NCBI RefSeq assembly: GCF_006345805.1 | Contig: NC_043020.1 | Span: 20,584,001-20,648,000, forward strand | From: Octopus sinensis | Lineage: Eukaryota | Length of the DNA stretch: 64,000 nt | Direction of reading: 5' to 3' | In this document: piece after piece, positions 24,996-37,560 of the stretch | Layout: each line of letters opens with the position of its first letter | Position numbering within the stretch: the first letter of the stretch is position 1 | Translations under genes and position numbers: made by a program | The notes under the pieces: generated by a model | Database searches by the model: none | What the model saw: only the letters and a program-made list of their open reading frames with translations | Told to the model about the DNA's origin: nothing

Positions 24996-26036
24996 AGCTT
25001 CCGTTATCTAGGTGACCAAGTCTGTAGTGGGGGTGGGTGCGTTGAAAGTGTAACTGCTAGAATAAGAATAGCCTGGGCAAAGTTTAGGGAGCTCTTACCT
25101 CTGCTGGCGACTAAAGGCCTCTCGCTCAGAGTAAAAGGCAGACTGTATGATGCATGTGTACGAACAGCCATGCTACATGGCAGTGAAACATGGGCCGTGA
25201 CTGCTGAGGACATGCGTAAGCTCACGAGGAGTGAAGCCAGTATGCTCCGATGGATGTGTAATGTCAGTGTACATACTCGACAGAGCATTAGTACCTTGAG
25301 AGAAATGTTGTACCTAAGAAGCATCAGTTGTGGTGTACAAGAAAGACAATTGTGCTGGTATGGTCATGTGGTGAGAATGGATGAAGATAGGTGTGTGAAA
25401 AAGTGCCCATACCTAGCAGTTTAGGGAACCCGTGGAAGAGGTAGACCCAGGAAAACCTGGGACGAGGTGGTAAAGCACGACCTTCAAACTTTAGGCCTCA
25501 TTGAGGAAATGACCAGCAACCGAGAACTTTGGAAATATGCTGTACGTGAGAAGACCAGGCAGGACAAGTGAGCCCAGCCCACTTATGCATGTCTTTCTTC
25601 CCTTGGACACGACAGGCACCCATGCCAACCTCCTTTGCTTGCAAAGACCTGTTGGGGCAAGTGAAATCGAAATCGAAATCGAACCAATCCTATGACTGGC
25701 ACCCGGCAGATGCCAGGATCCCTGAACTGGTGGTACGTAAAAAGCACTATCCGAATTGTGGCCGATGCCAGTGCCGCCTCAACTGGCTTCTGTGCCAGTG
25801 GCACGTAAAATGCACCAATCCGACTGTGGCTGTTGCCAGCCTCACCTGGCACCTGTGCGGGTGGCACGTAAAAAGCACCCACTACACTCATGGAGTGGTT
25901 GGTGTTAGGAAGGGCATCCAGCTGTAGAAACATTGCCAGATAAGACTGGAGCCTGGTGCAGCCTTCTGGCTTCCCAGATCCCCGGTCGAACTGTCCAACC
26001 CATGCTAGCATGGAGAACGGACGTTAAACGATGATG

Positions 26037-26040
<4 letters not shown>
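24996..26040 (+). mobile_element. RTE LINE, 5'-truncated (ORF C-terminus and 3' UTR)
   Basis: SFRYLGDQVCSGGGCVESVTARIRIAWAKFRELLPLLATKGLSLRVKGRLYDACVRTAMLHGSETW...GRPRKTWDEVVK. 3' UTR subrepeats GTGCCAGTGGCACGTAAAA; ends GACGTTAAACGATGATGA. Confidence 0.95.
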
Positions 26041-26094
<54 letters not shown>

Positions 26095-26250
26095 CAGGTT
26101 TCTTTCAGTTCCATCCACCAAATCCACTCACAAGACTTTGAATAGCCCAGGGCTATAGTATAAGACACTTGCCCAATGTTCACACACTGTGTGATTGAAC
26201 TTGGAACCATGTGGTTGGGAAGCAAACTACATACCACATAACCACATCTG
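26095..26250 (-). mobile_element. SINE family A head fragment
   Basis: TTCTTTCAGTTCCATCCACCAAATCCACTCACAAG...GAACCATGTGGTTGGGAAGCAAAC. Confidence 0.85.
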
Positions 26251-26448
26251 CATCTCTCTCGCTCTACGTGTGTGTGTGTGTGTGTGTGAATGTACATTTT
26301 TTGTTTATAACTTCATCTCTAACCAGTCACATATACATACACATATATCATAACCATTTAACATCAGTTTTCCATGTGCATGCACCAAATACTTGGACAC
26401 ACGAATACACATCTTTATAAATTCATCTCTAACTAGGCTTATATATAA

Positions 26449-27629
26449 ACAGGGTGCATCAGTTTTTGAGTACACCTCTTTCAAGAGTTCTAATTTTCTT
26501 CTAACTTATATTTATACCTTACTTTCAAGATGAATAATGTCAGACCTCATACTGACTAAGTAAATGAAAAGGCATGCTGTAATTGTTGCCTTAAATGTGC
26601 AGCATAGTGATACAAAGGTAGCTTGCTTCCTGGAAGCTGCCCAATCTTTTGATGTCAAAATTTGAAAGGAGCTGGAAGCAACTGATAAGGATCCAGCATC
26701 AACAGCTAAATTCAAAATTCCACAGAACAATTGACTTTGTACAAAAATAGTTCAAGAAGTAATTGATAAAAACCCCAAAAGTCAATCAGTGTCATTGGAA
26801 AGGACCTCAAGGTTTCAGAATGCACCATCAGAAGAGCTACATATGCGGAATTCTGGTACAAGTTGTATGTGATGAGGAAGAGTCAGTTTATGTTGGATGC
26901 GATGACAGATATTTGTTCAAGCCATGCAGAGTGCTTGCTAAACAAGTTAAAACAGCAAGTGGCTCAGGACCAAAAGGTAAACCCAAAGAAATGACAGATG
27001 GTTTTGCAGAAACCTGAATGAGGTTCCAATAGACATGCATTCTAAGTTCCTAGCAACTCTGGTGGGAGTCATCAGCAATGAGGGAGATGTTATGCCTCCT
27101 CACTTTTTTTCATAGGTCTTCAAAGTCAATGCTGCCGTTTACACAAAGGTGGAGAAAGTTGTGAGGTTCTAGGTTGACAAAATATGCAATAGAAGACATT
27201 ACATCTTCCACAAGACTCCAAGCTGTCTCATTAAGATAAGAGAACCCAAGCATGGATGCATGCCAATCTCCATGGTCATGTTCTCCCAGACAAATGCCCT
27301 CCTAGCTCACCAGGCCTTAATCCTCTGAACTATTACATATGGAGCATAGCTGAGAGAGAGGTTAATCAACACCATACTATCTCTCAAGCCTGTCATAACC
27401 AGTACTATGTCCAAAATCGATAAAGATCATTTGATTCAAGCATGTCAAGACTTCCAAATCCAAATTGAAGCTGCCATTGATACTAACAGTGTATTCATTG
27501 AATAGGTGTGATAAAAGAATTCTTAAGATTATTTGCATCAATTTGTTTTCAAATACAGCTTTTATTTAATGAGCTGTATCCTTTCTCAAGTTCATACAAA
27601 TAACTTCAACAAAAATTGATGCACTATGT
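26449..27629 (+). mobile_element. Tc1/mariner transposon of DD37D (maT-like) type, about 1.18 kb, pseudogenised
   Basis: Imperfect TIRs ACAGGGTGCATCAGTTTTT (26449) and AAAAATTGATGCACTATGT (27611-27629). Remnants MKRHAVIVAL, HSKFLATLVGVISNEGDVMPPHFF and CPPSSPGLNPLNYYIWSIAERE. Confidence 0.85.
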
Positions 27630-27648
27630 ATGTGTGTGTATACACATG

Positions 27649-27686
<38 letters not shown>

Positions 27687-28769
27687 AACACATGTGTGCC
27701 AGTGTGCTTTTAAATATATGAATGTAATTGACCACTGCAGAGCATATATTAATATCCCTACCTATACAGACATCTCTCCTCCAAAAACACAAATACTAAT
27801 ACACTCATACAAATACCTCTTCCATAATCCTCCATGTACACACACCAATTTCAGAATTGTGTGATACACTAGAAGCAAAGCCTGATTTTGTTTATCTTTA
27901 TTTAAATATTTATTTTTTGATATCACAATTAATTAGAACAAACGATTCAGCAATTGTCTCCAGTCACTCAATGTCTTCTCTAATCTTTTCTAAAGCACAT
28001 GCACACACACACACATTCACATGCATGCATATGTACAAACACACACACCAATACTTACACCATAAACACACATCCACACGAACACTAATACACACAATCT
28101 AAATAAAAGCCACCCAGCAATCTAAGAGCTGATTAGGTCAGAAATCTAAGGCAGATTTATTCAAATAATTATAATTAAAACTCATCATGAAACAAAAAGA
28201 AGATAAATGGGTGAGGTGTGGGAAAGAGAGAAGGATGCAATGTGATGGGGTGGAAAGAGAGATGCCATAATCCAGAATGATCATTTGACTGGAAGTGATT
28301 TGTAACAAATCAGAGCAAAACAAACAAATAAATGGTTAATTAATTACATTAAAAATGTTTCCTAGAATGAAAATTAAACTTTAGAATGTTTGATGGTATT
28401 GTTTATTCTATAATTGAGTCTCAAAGAACTGAGTCAGTTGAACAACAATAACCAAATCTCTGATCAGCATCAACAATAGAAACAGTAGCAGGAACCACAC
28501 AATCTATTTTCAAGAATCAGACATATCTATATATTCAAATGTCCAAACAACAGCATCAATAATCCCTTTTCTGATGTGCAAGCCTGCCCATGTTGTAGAT
28601 TTAAATGAAGAACTACAAAGCATTAGATCAACTCTATCCTAAATGGAGAACAGGTAAATCTGACCTAGCACAGACTTGAAATAAGAGTACCAAGGGATGA
28701 AATTAAATATGCCAGTAGTCCCTCATCTATGTGGACTCGCCTACGATAATAATATTAATGTTACTAATA

Positions 28770-29140
28770 TTCATACAAAGCCAAAAATTTAGAGCAGGAG
28801 TAATTTGATTAAATTAACCCTCAGTACTCAATTGGTGTTTTATTCTTTGGAAGGTATTCTTTGGTGGTATTTGAATTCAGAACATAAGGGGCTGTAGCTA
28901 AATACCACAAGGCATTGTGTCTGGTATTTTAATGCTACCACTGCCACCATGATAGTTTCTAACATGAGCACAAGGCCAGCAATTTGATGGGTGGAGAGGA
29001 GGGTTAGTCAATGATACTGACTCCAATATTTGACTGGTACTTTATTTTACAGACCACAGAAAGGTGAGAGGTAAAGCTGACTTCAGCAGGATTTGAACTC
29101 ACAACATACAAGATGTAAATTCTCACAACTCTGCCAATCC
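28770..29140 (-). mobile_element. Two degenerate SINE-B fragments
   Basis: GACTGGTACTTTATTTTACAGACCACAGAAAGGTGAGAGGTAAAGCTGACTTCAGCAGGATTTGAACTC is the reverse complement of the SINE-B core and B box. Confidence 0.7.
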
Positions 29141-29779
29141 ATCACTCACCTCTATAATAATAAAATAATTGAAATAATTTCTTTTATATATGAATGTCAG
29201 TCTCTCACAAATTTATACTTTTATTTTAATAAATTGCATCAATTTTAAAACAAATTATTTTTAGCAACTTTCTTTTTAATATGTACTGCTTTAGTTTTTT
29301 TTTTTAAAGTTAATTTTGATATTTTTACTAAATACACTCATCGTCAACCTTGTATTTAATAAAGTGCTTCAGTCTTAAGATGAATGTTTATTATTATTGT
29401 TATTATTATTACTAAATAAAACTGACTGTTAGCATTTTGCCTCATTGGCATTTTGTGTTGTCGGCATTTTGACTTTCAGCATAGTCTGCAGTTCATTGTA
29501 CATTAAATGTTAGATGGAGCCATACAAATTTTGTGAAGAAAGAGAAGCAGTGTCAAGAGATATGTATCACTGATCAATAACTACTATCTGTTTTATACAA
29601 GTAAAAAAAACCACAACTAATGCCTTCTGGTCCATAGGCTAGGGGCTTATTGCTACCTGCAATGTTAAATGAAAGTGAAATTTCCCCCAGGAAAAGACAC
29701 TAGTCTACAGAAGATAAGCCACCAAACCCAAAGTTGCTGCTGTTTACATTAGTGAATTACACAATCTTATAGTACTTAC

Positions 29780-29851
29780 AGACAGGTTAGCACAGCTTTT
29801 ATGAGCTAATGGTAAATGCTTCAACCAAATGCAATATAGTCCTCTTAGAGT
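29780..29851 (-). CDS. Candidate exon (72 nt, phase 0-0)
   Basis: Acceptor ggttttggtttgtag and donor TCT|gtaagta. The only open frame is TLRGLYCIWLKHLPLAHKSCANLS. No homology recognised. Confidence 0.22.
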
Positions 29852-30964
29852 CTACAAACCAAAACCACTAATCCAAAATGTAGTCCAATACCATGTCTGG
29901 CACCTAGAGGATTGGTAGTTCTACTAAATTATATTTCATCCACTCCCAACTGATGCCCTCAAAACTAACACAACATCACTTAATCAGCTTCTATTTTAAT
30001 GTTCAAGTCATTGCACTGTAGCCTCTCTCAGATGCCAGTCATAAATATACTTAAATTTCCATTTGTGTACATAGAGTCTTAAATTCGCCTGTAGATGAGC
30101 CCATGTTTATGGAGTCCTATTTAAGTAAAGACTAATGAACAGCTGCTAAAATCGCTTCTTGTAGCTGACCAAGACACGAGCTAAAAATCTGTCTCAGATA
30201 AAGCACTGCACTTTACTCTATGAAAATTTCTCTCTTTTTTGTTCTCTTTTTTCTTGTCAATAAAATATAATTACTCAATCACTCTCACCTTCCTTCTGAT
30301 CCCATAACCCACAAATGGAAAAAAACCAATGGTTCACTTTACCTATATTAACACTGCTTTATTATTTTCAAATTTTCATTGCTAGAACATTTGTGAATTA
30401 GTATTTCAATAATTTTTATTTTAACATCCACATCACTTCACTGTAGCCTATCGCACATGCCATGACAATGAATATTATTATTTGTTGCCGCAGTAGTGGT
30501 AGTAATGAATATACTTAAATTCCCTGTTTGGGCAAATAAGTTCTTAAATTTGCCAAGAGATGAACTCATGTGAATGAGGTCCTATTTAAGCAAAAACTAA
30601 TGGGCAGCTGCTAAAATTATTCCCCCTTATCTCTCTCCTGTCCTCCCAACCTCCATCCTTATTAAAGTTGGGCACGCACATGAATACATGTACAAATGTA
30701 TAGTGCGTAAAAGAATATGCACTTCAATGGGTTTACATATATGTCCACATAACCATACATACAGTTTCACATTTTAGGTACCTATGCTTATCTACACATA
30801 CACGTATACAATTACATAGATAAGATGATTGAGGTAGTCAGGGTATGTGATAGGATTAGCAAGTTAAGAATAGTCTTATATAATGTAACAGTGACATTTA
30901 CCTCTGCATATGCTCCACATGCTGGACTAGCAGATGAACAGAAGGACTGATTCTTTAAGCCCCT

Positions 30965-31510
30965 TCTGCAGATTACCTCAACAATAAAGGACAATGACCT
31001 TATTACTGTACCTGGCGACTTCAGTGGTCATGTTGGGCAACATGCCAATGGATTCTATGATGTGCATGGAGGTTTTAGCTTTGGCATAGAAATGAGGATA
31101 GAACAGAACTCCTGGAGTTCTGTGATGCAAATAATTTGCTGGTCTGCAAACTAACTTCAAGAAACCAGCCAACCATCAGTTTGGCAGGAACTCAAGCTAG
31201 ATTGAATACATCCTCACCAAAGACAGGGATAGACATGTTTATAAATGAAAGTCTTTTCCCAGTGAGGAATGTACAAATCAACATAAGTTAATGGTTAACA
31301 ACTTTAGACTTAGGGTTAGATGGATGCAGAGATGCAAACCAGTTTGGAAAGGAAAGTTATGGAAGCTCAAAGGTCCATCAAACAGTCACAGGTTGTGACA
31401 TATAACAGAGAACAACTGGAAGTTCCTATGAGACAACCTTCTGAAAGTTGCAGACCAAACCTGTGGCTTGGATAAAGTCTCTGCCAGACAGAGAGTGACT
31501 TGGTGGTGGT
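30965..31510 (+). mobile_element. RTE LINE endonuclease-region fragment
   Basis: TIKDNDLITVPGDFSGHVGQHANGFYDVHGGFSFG...LLEFCDANNL parallels 42040-42230 (GDFNGHV). Confidence 0.85.
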
Positions 31511-32984
31511 TTATCTAGGTTTATCCAGCAAGGGTATATATGACAGGCTTCCTTCAGTTTTCATCAACCAAATGTACTCTTACTCATTTTATTCATTGAA
31601 TTGGAACCATGCTAAAGCATTGTAGAAACTGACTTGATTAAATCAAGCTCAGTACTTATTTTTAAGGCTGGTATTCATTCTATCAATCTCTTTTTACCAA
31701 AATACTAAGTTACAGAGGCTATAAACAAACCAAAATGGTGAAAGACATGCATACAATCTATTAATATCTGGAACTGGTCATCTGCTGAGGTAGATTTTAC
31801 ATTAAGTGTAGAAGAAAAATTACATAACAACCCAGAGTGAGTAGCAAAGTAATTAATTCTGTGCTAGGAATATGCATTAAAAAGAGAACAGCAGAAACAA
31901 ACTCAAAATAAAATGAAATTCAAAGTGATGAGAGCTAAATATTACAATGAAAAAAACAATCAGTTGCAATTTGGATTTAAAACAGTAACAGTAACAGCTG
32001 ACGAGTCTAAACGAAGTTAAGCTGTTCAAGTGTTCAAATTACATTAGCACAGGTGTCAATAAATAAACAAATGAAATTGTCAACAACTGCTGCATGTACC
32101 TTTATTGCTTCAACAATAACTTTTTTTCATTAGGCACAAAGCTAATTATTGTAAAGAAAGGGGATATTATAGATTGATTCTATCCTAGTATGCTGCTGGT
32201 ACTAATTAATAATTTAATTACAAACGGAAACTGACTGCATAATGGTGATTACTTTTATTTCTTTCCAGTGTATTCAACATGAGAAATATAAAACAGTAGA
32301 GTTAAATGAAATGATTAGGAAGAATATTAGGAGTTAACATCATTCTTTGACCAAATAAGTAGGGGAGATGACACTGTTTCAGATTATAAGAATTCAGCAG
32401 CAGAGGCACAACTTTTGCCTTCACTTGCAGGTACTGTAGAAGCTGATTTGATAAATAGAATGCACACAAACAAATATTGAGCTGCAGCTGGAAATGAGAT
32501 TAATTGATAATTTAATTATAAAATGGCACTGACCACGTGTTCATGTAATAAAATGGTGGGTTTCATTATTTACAAAGTATTCATTATAGCAAATAAGAGT
32601 ATACATGTGTGAGGGATGAAAATAAAAGACAAGGCTAGAATTTCAACTCAGAATATAAAAAAGAAAACAAAACAGAATTATACTTAATGCTCTACAATGA
32701 GTTAGACTAAATACCCCTAGCCAACAAGGAGCCCTGTATGTGATCACTTAAACAACCCACTGCCCTCACATATATATTAAGGTTCAAGAAAATATTGGAC
32801 TGACTTCCAAGACATAATTCAAGGCTTGAGGAAGAAAATGTGAAGTGAGATGATTCAAACTTTGGTTCTACTTCTATAATGATCAAAGGTTCTTGAGAAA
32901 AGCATGAATAGCAAGAAGCTCATTTTCCTCCTCTATAAACCTGACATCAAGTGGTCTTATAAGAAACCATTATTTGTAATTTTA

Positions 32985-33165
32985 GAGATCATGTGTAGTA
33001 CTTGACTTGAACTGAAGCCAAGCGTTGCACCTGAAAGTAACTTGATCTGAGTTTATGTGTTGCACCTGAAACTGACTGACCTGAGATCATATGTAATACC
33101 TGGTTTAATCTGAGATCATATGTAGTACCTGACTCAATTAAAGATCATATGTTGTATTCAAAACA
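32985..33165. repeat. Degenerate minisatellite (about 30 bp unit)
   Basis: Repeated GAGATCATATGTAGTACCTGAC-like and GTTGCACCTGAAA units, about 5-6 copies. Confidence 0.7.
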
Positions 33166-34004
33166 GTTACATGATTGAAAAGTCACGACAGTAATTTCTA
33201 ATGCACATATAGCATTGCAAACAGTTTTGTTCTATCTTTTAGCATCTGTCATGATCATCATTTTATGTTCATTTTTCTATATTAGTATATAACACAATCC
33301 TCACCACCTTCCACATGCAAATAGGGAAAAACCCATCTAACTTTGATATTATATACATCTTAGGTGCATTTCATCATACCACCAGCAACAGAGAGTTTCT
33401 GCAGGTGAGAACTAAAGCCTTACCTATCAATTCTTGTTTAGAATTTTGGACACAAAATATTGACTTCACAAGCTGCATCATAACCTACTTTCTTAGATGG
33501 CTAGTCTGCAATGCAGCTTGTGAAGTGTGTTACAGATGAGAATGCTTAAGAGAGGAATGGGGTAGATAACCTCACTGATCTAGTAATAAACAGATGTTTT
33601 CTAGCACTTAGATGCAAAAGCTAGATAATCATCCAGCACTGTAACCAAACTGAACTTTTAAACTTGTAAGGGCCAAAACATTATATTTTGTACTCCTTAC
33701 AGCAACTGAACTTTTCCAATTTTCCTATAGTTTCCTATCTATCTTTTCTCCATGTGACAGAATAAAACAAACGAAAAGAAAAGAAAAAAACAGGCATCAC
33801 TCCTACTACTCTATGGCTGAGTGGTTAGCAGTAGGAAGGACATAAAGCTGCAGAGAGAATCGCACCAACAGAAAACCATCCCATCTACGCAAGCAGGAGA
33901 AAATGAATGTAAAACATTTAAAACAATAAAATTAAAACCAAACAAACCAAGCTTTGTCATATTGTTCTCAAATCTATTTTGCAGCATTAAATGAGTCACA
34001 TCTG

Positions 34005-34382
34005 ATGAAGTTTGCTTCCCAACCACATAGTTCCAGGTTCAGTCCTACTGAGTGGCACCTAGAGTAAATGTCTTCTACCATCACCTCAAGTCAACAAACG
34101 TTTTGTGAGTGGATTTGGTAGAAGGAATCTGAAAGCCTGTTGTGTGTGTGTGTGTGTGTGTCTGCACGTGTGCATATATGTTTGTTCCCCACCACTACTT
34201 GACAACCAATGCTGGTGTGTTTATGTCTCCATAACTTAGTGGATCAGCAAAAGAAATCAACAGAATAAGTACAAAGCTTAAAAAATAAGTACTGGGGTCA
34301 ATTCATTCAACTAATATTCTGGAAGGCAGTGTTCCAGCATGGCCACAGTTTAATAACTGAAACAAGTAAAAGAATAAAAGAA
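34005..34382 (+). mobile_element. SINE family A copy
   Basis: TTTGCTTCCCAACCACATAGTTCCAGGTTCAGTCC...GAAACAAGTAAAAGAATAAAAGAA. Confidence 0.85.
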
Positions 34383-34739
34383 TGCTCACACACAATAACA
34401 AAGATTCTAGATTCTGCACCTAATGTTTGAGTACAAAGTTCATAGAACAATATGATCCAACCCCTATCTGGAAAAACCTAACATTTCAGCAGCTTTCATC
34501 AATGCCTTTCAAGTCAATGACCTTCAGAATGAAAAGGTCATCAATCACCCCATCTTAGTTTGGCTTGGTTTTATCATTATTTTTCGCTACTGTCTTTTTT
34601 CTTTTTCCTTTTTTATTTTGTTTGTTCCATCTTCAGTGTAGAAATGTCAACTATGAAAAGGATGCAAATAAGGTAGAGAAATATTGTGACAGTACAGAAT
34701 TAGATGAAGACATATTGACCGAGAGAACACTGGGTTTAT

Positions 34740-34960
34740 ATATCATCATCATCTTTTAATGTCTATTTTCCATGCTGGCATGGATTGGATGGTTTGACTG
34801 GAACTGGCAAGCCAAAGAGCTGCATCAGGTTTCAATTATCTGTTTTGGCATGGTTTCTATAACTTGATGCCCTTCCTAATGTCAACCACTTTACAAAGTG
34901 TACTGGATGCTTTTTATGTTGTCGCAGCACAGGTGCTTTTTACATGGCAACAGCACAGAT
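34740..34960 (-). mobile_element. RTE 3' tail fragment
   Basis: CATCATCATCTTTTAATGTCTATTTTCCATGCTGGCATGG...GATGCCCTTCCTAATG. Confidence 0.8.
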
Positions 34961-35901
34961 GCTAGAGAGAGAAAGACAGAGGGGAAGAAATAGAGAGGAG
35001 GGTAGTTAATTGTTTAAGTATAATGTTAATTATTGATGGGTAGGTTGGAAGGCTTTTAATCAACTAAACAAGTATAGTAGATAACTGGTATCAACAACTT
35101 AGAAGACCGGAAAGCAAAACCAGACCAGGTGAAATCATCACTTCCAAATACGGAAAGAAAAGAAAGACTATATTAAATACTGTAAAATTACATTAGTCTG
35201 ATGAGCTGCCATTTCTACAAATTCATATGAGTTTGCAGAAATGGCAGCTCATCCAACATTGACAAGGAATTGGACTCATGAATGAAAGTATTTCAAGAGA
35301 AGGTAAACCTTAAGTCAAGGTTTTCAAACACTGACCAATGAAGGGTATCAAAAGACACTGCAAATATCTAAAAAAATATAATTTCAGGCTTTAGAAAACA
35401 TTTTCTAAAATGCAAATGCTCAAATGTTTTAAAAAATAGGTAATTCATAATTTTGTTATACTCATATATAATTCATAAGACAAGATAAGCAATAAGCATT
35501 TTATACATTTTCCTAAAATTTTTAAAAGTTTTTATTATTATTATTGAATTTCCAATGTGAAGTGCACTGGTAATCTTTTATTCCATATTCAGTGTGCTAT
35601 TATGTGATAAAAAAATTGAGGATCTATCTTTGTGGCATTACTTTTTTTAACTAGTGGTGAGTGGTTGTTACTACCAGAATGTCAAGAAGTAAAGAAACTA
35701 CTAAAACAGTATCCTGAACTTCTTTTCTTTATTGTTTTTATCCTAGAAACAAATAATTTAAACTACAAGCAATTAATTATGAATTCTTAAATATTTACTT
35801 CTTTATTCAATGAGTGAAGATTAGTTAAAATTTTATATTAAAATTTTTAGTTTGAATTTTTCTTATTTTTAAAAATATGATTTCATTATTTTCAAGTTGT
35901 A

Positions 35902-37150
35902 TTAGGCCGTCAAGTATGAAATTTGTAGTAAGGTATATGGTAAACTTTGACAGCTGCTCATTTTGTGCCATTACTATATTTTGGCAATCTTTATTTTTTG
36001 TTAGAAAACTGACACATCTATTTCTCTATTCTAACTCATTTTGTGCTTTATAAAGTATTTCTAAATCATTTTTTGCTATTTTTGTTTATAGATAAATAAG
36101 TAAGAAATTCATAGTTTTGAAATATGAGTTCTTTCTTGGAAATACAGCATCACAGACAGCTTGGAATATTAATGTAGTATTTCATTACACAGCAGACAGT
36201 ATCAAATTGGTTTTCATTGTTCTGATAACTTTGACCTCACAAATGAGCAACGCGGTCAACCAGAAACAAAGATGGATAATGATGAATTGAAAGCCACTGT
36301 CAAATCAGATCCATCTCAAAGTGCCCGTGAATTATCATTGTTGTTTGGTGGTAGCAAACAAACAATATTGACTCAGTTCAAATTGGTCAAGTGAAAATGT
36401 TGGATAAGTGGGTTCCACAGGGACTCAATGAAAATCAGAAACAGCAACATTTGGAAGTCTGCATTATGCTATTTTCTCATCACAAAAATGATTTTTGAAT
36501 CAAATTGTAACATGTGATGAGAAATGGATTCAATACAACAACCGTAAATGTTCAGCACAATGGCTGGACAAAGACAAGCTACCAAAACACAGTCCAAAAA
36601 GCAAAATTCAACAAAAGAAGCTGATGGTGTGTGTTTGGTGGTCTGACAGAGGTGTGATCCATTACGATTTCATTAAACCTGGCTCATCATTAAACCTGCA
36701 GCCAATTGGACCAAATGATGCAGAAACTTACAAAAAAACAGCCTCGATTAGTCAACAGATCCACTCCTATTTTATTGCAAGACAACGCCAGACCACACAT
36801 CGCAAAAATGATATTGGCGAAACTACAGGTGTTGGAGTTGGAAGTTCTCCATCATCCACCATACTCAACTGATCTTGCCCCCACTGACTACCACTTCTTC
36901 CAGAATTTAGATAACTTTTTGATAGGAAAAAAATTTAACTCTGATGATGCTGTAAAACAAGCCTTCCAAGATTTTGTTGACTCTAGATTGCCAGACTTTT
37001 ACAGTTCTGAGCTGGACAAGCTACTGCTGAAATGGCAAAAGTATATTGACAATATGGGTGCATACTTTGATGAATAAAACTATTCCTTGTAATTATAAAA
37101 CATTAGCAAACTTTTTCTCTTTTCTATAAATTTCATACTTGATGACCTAA
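35902..37150 (+). mobile_element. Full-length mariner (DD34D, Hsmar1/cecropia-like), frameshifted transposase
   Basis: TA TSDs at 35900-01 and 37151-52. TIRs TTAGGCCGTCAAGTATGAAATTT / AAATTTCATACTTGATGACCTAA (21/23). Motifs DKWVP, IVTCDEKW, LQDNARPH and HPPYSTDLAPTDYHFF; ORF pieces 36495-36872 and 36706-37077. Confidence 0.95.
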
Positions 37151-37349
37151 TACCTAGCTACGTCTTGAGGCACATTCTGCCATAGTTACACTATTTGGAA
37201 CCACCTCACTAGAACTTAATAGTTGAACGCTTTCTATGACCCAGACTACGAAGCTATAAGTAGGTACTATGAAATGGTATAAATCATTACCACATGGAAG
37301 CAGGTAAGGTAATATACAACTAAATTGATGTCTTATTACTTGCAAGAGA

Positions 37350-37560
37350 GAGAGAGAGAGAGAGTGTGTGTGTTTCTCCCCCACCACTGCTTGACGACCA
37401 GTCTTGTAACTTAGCATTTCAGCATAAGAGACTAATAGAATAAGTACCAGACTTAAAAATAAGAAAACAATTAATGCAGTTGATTTGTTCCACTAAAACT
37501 GGCAAGGCACTACTCCAGCATAGCCATAGTCCAATGACTGAAACAAGTAAAGGAAAGAAA
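37350..37560 (+). mobile_element. SINE family A 3' half
   Basis: CCACCACTGCTTGAC...AGAATAAGTACCAG...GACTGAAACAAGTAAA. Confidence 0.8.

Noticed and set aside
31994-32030. AACAG-CTGACGA-GT..AC-GAAG...CTGTT hammerhead-like string
   Set aside because: GAAA and the NUH triplet are missing, and stem II is only 2 bp.
32985-33165. Repeats of about 30 bp that superficially suggest a CRISPR array
   Set aside because: Eukaryotic context, degenerate adjacent units without unique spacers, no cas genes: a minisatellite.
32383-33404. Plus-strand exon-like segments 32383-32430 and 33364-33404 (also 9703-9776, 17744-17770, from 34637)
   Set aside because: Plausible splice signals, but no recognisable protein or consistent phase chain. 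Finding candidates on both strands indicates a high chance background.
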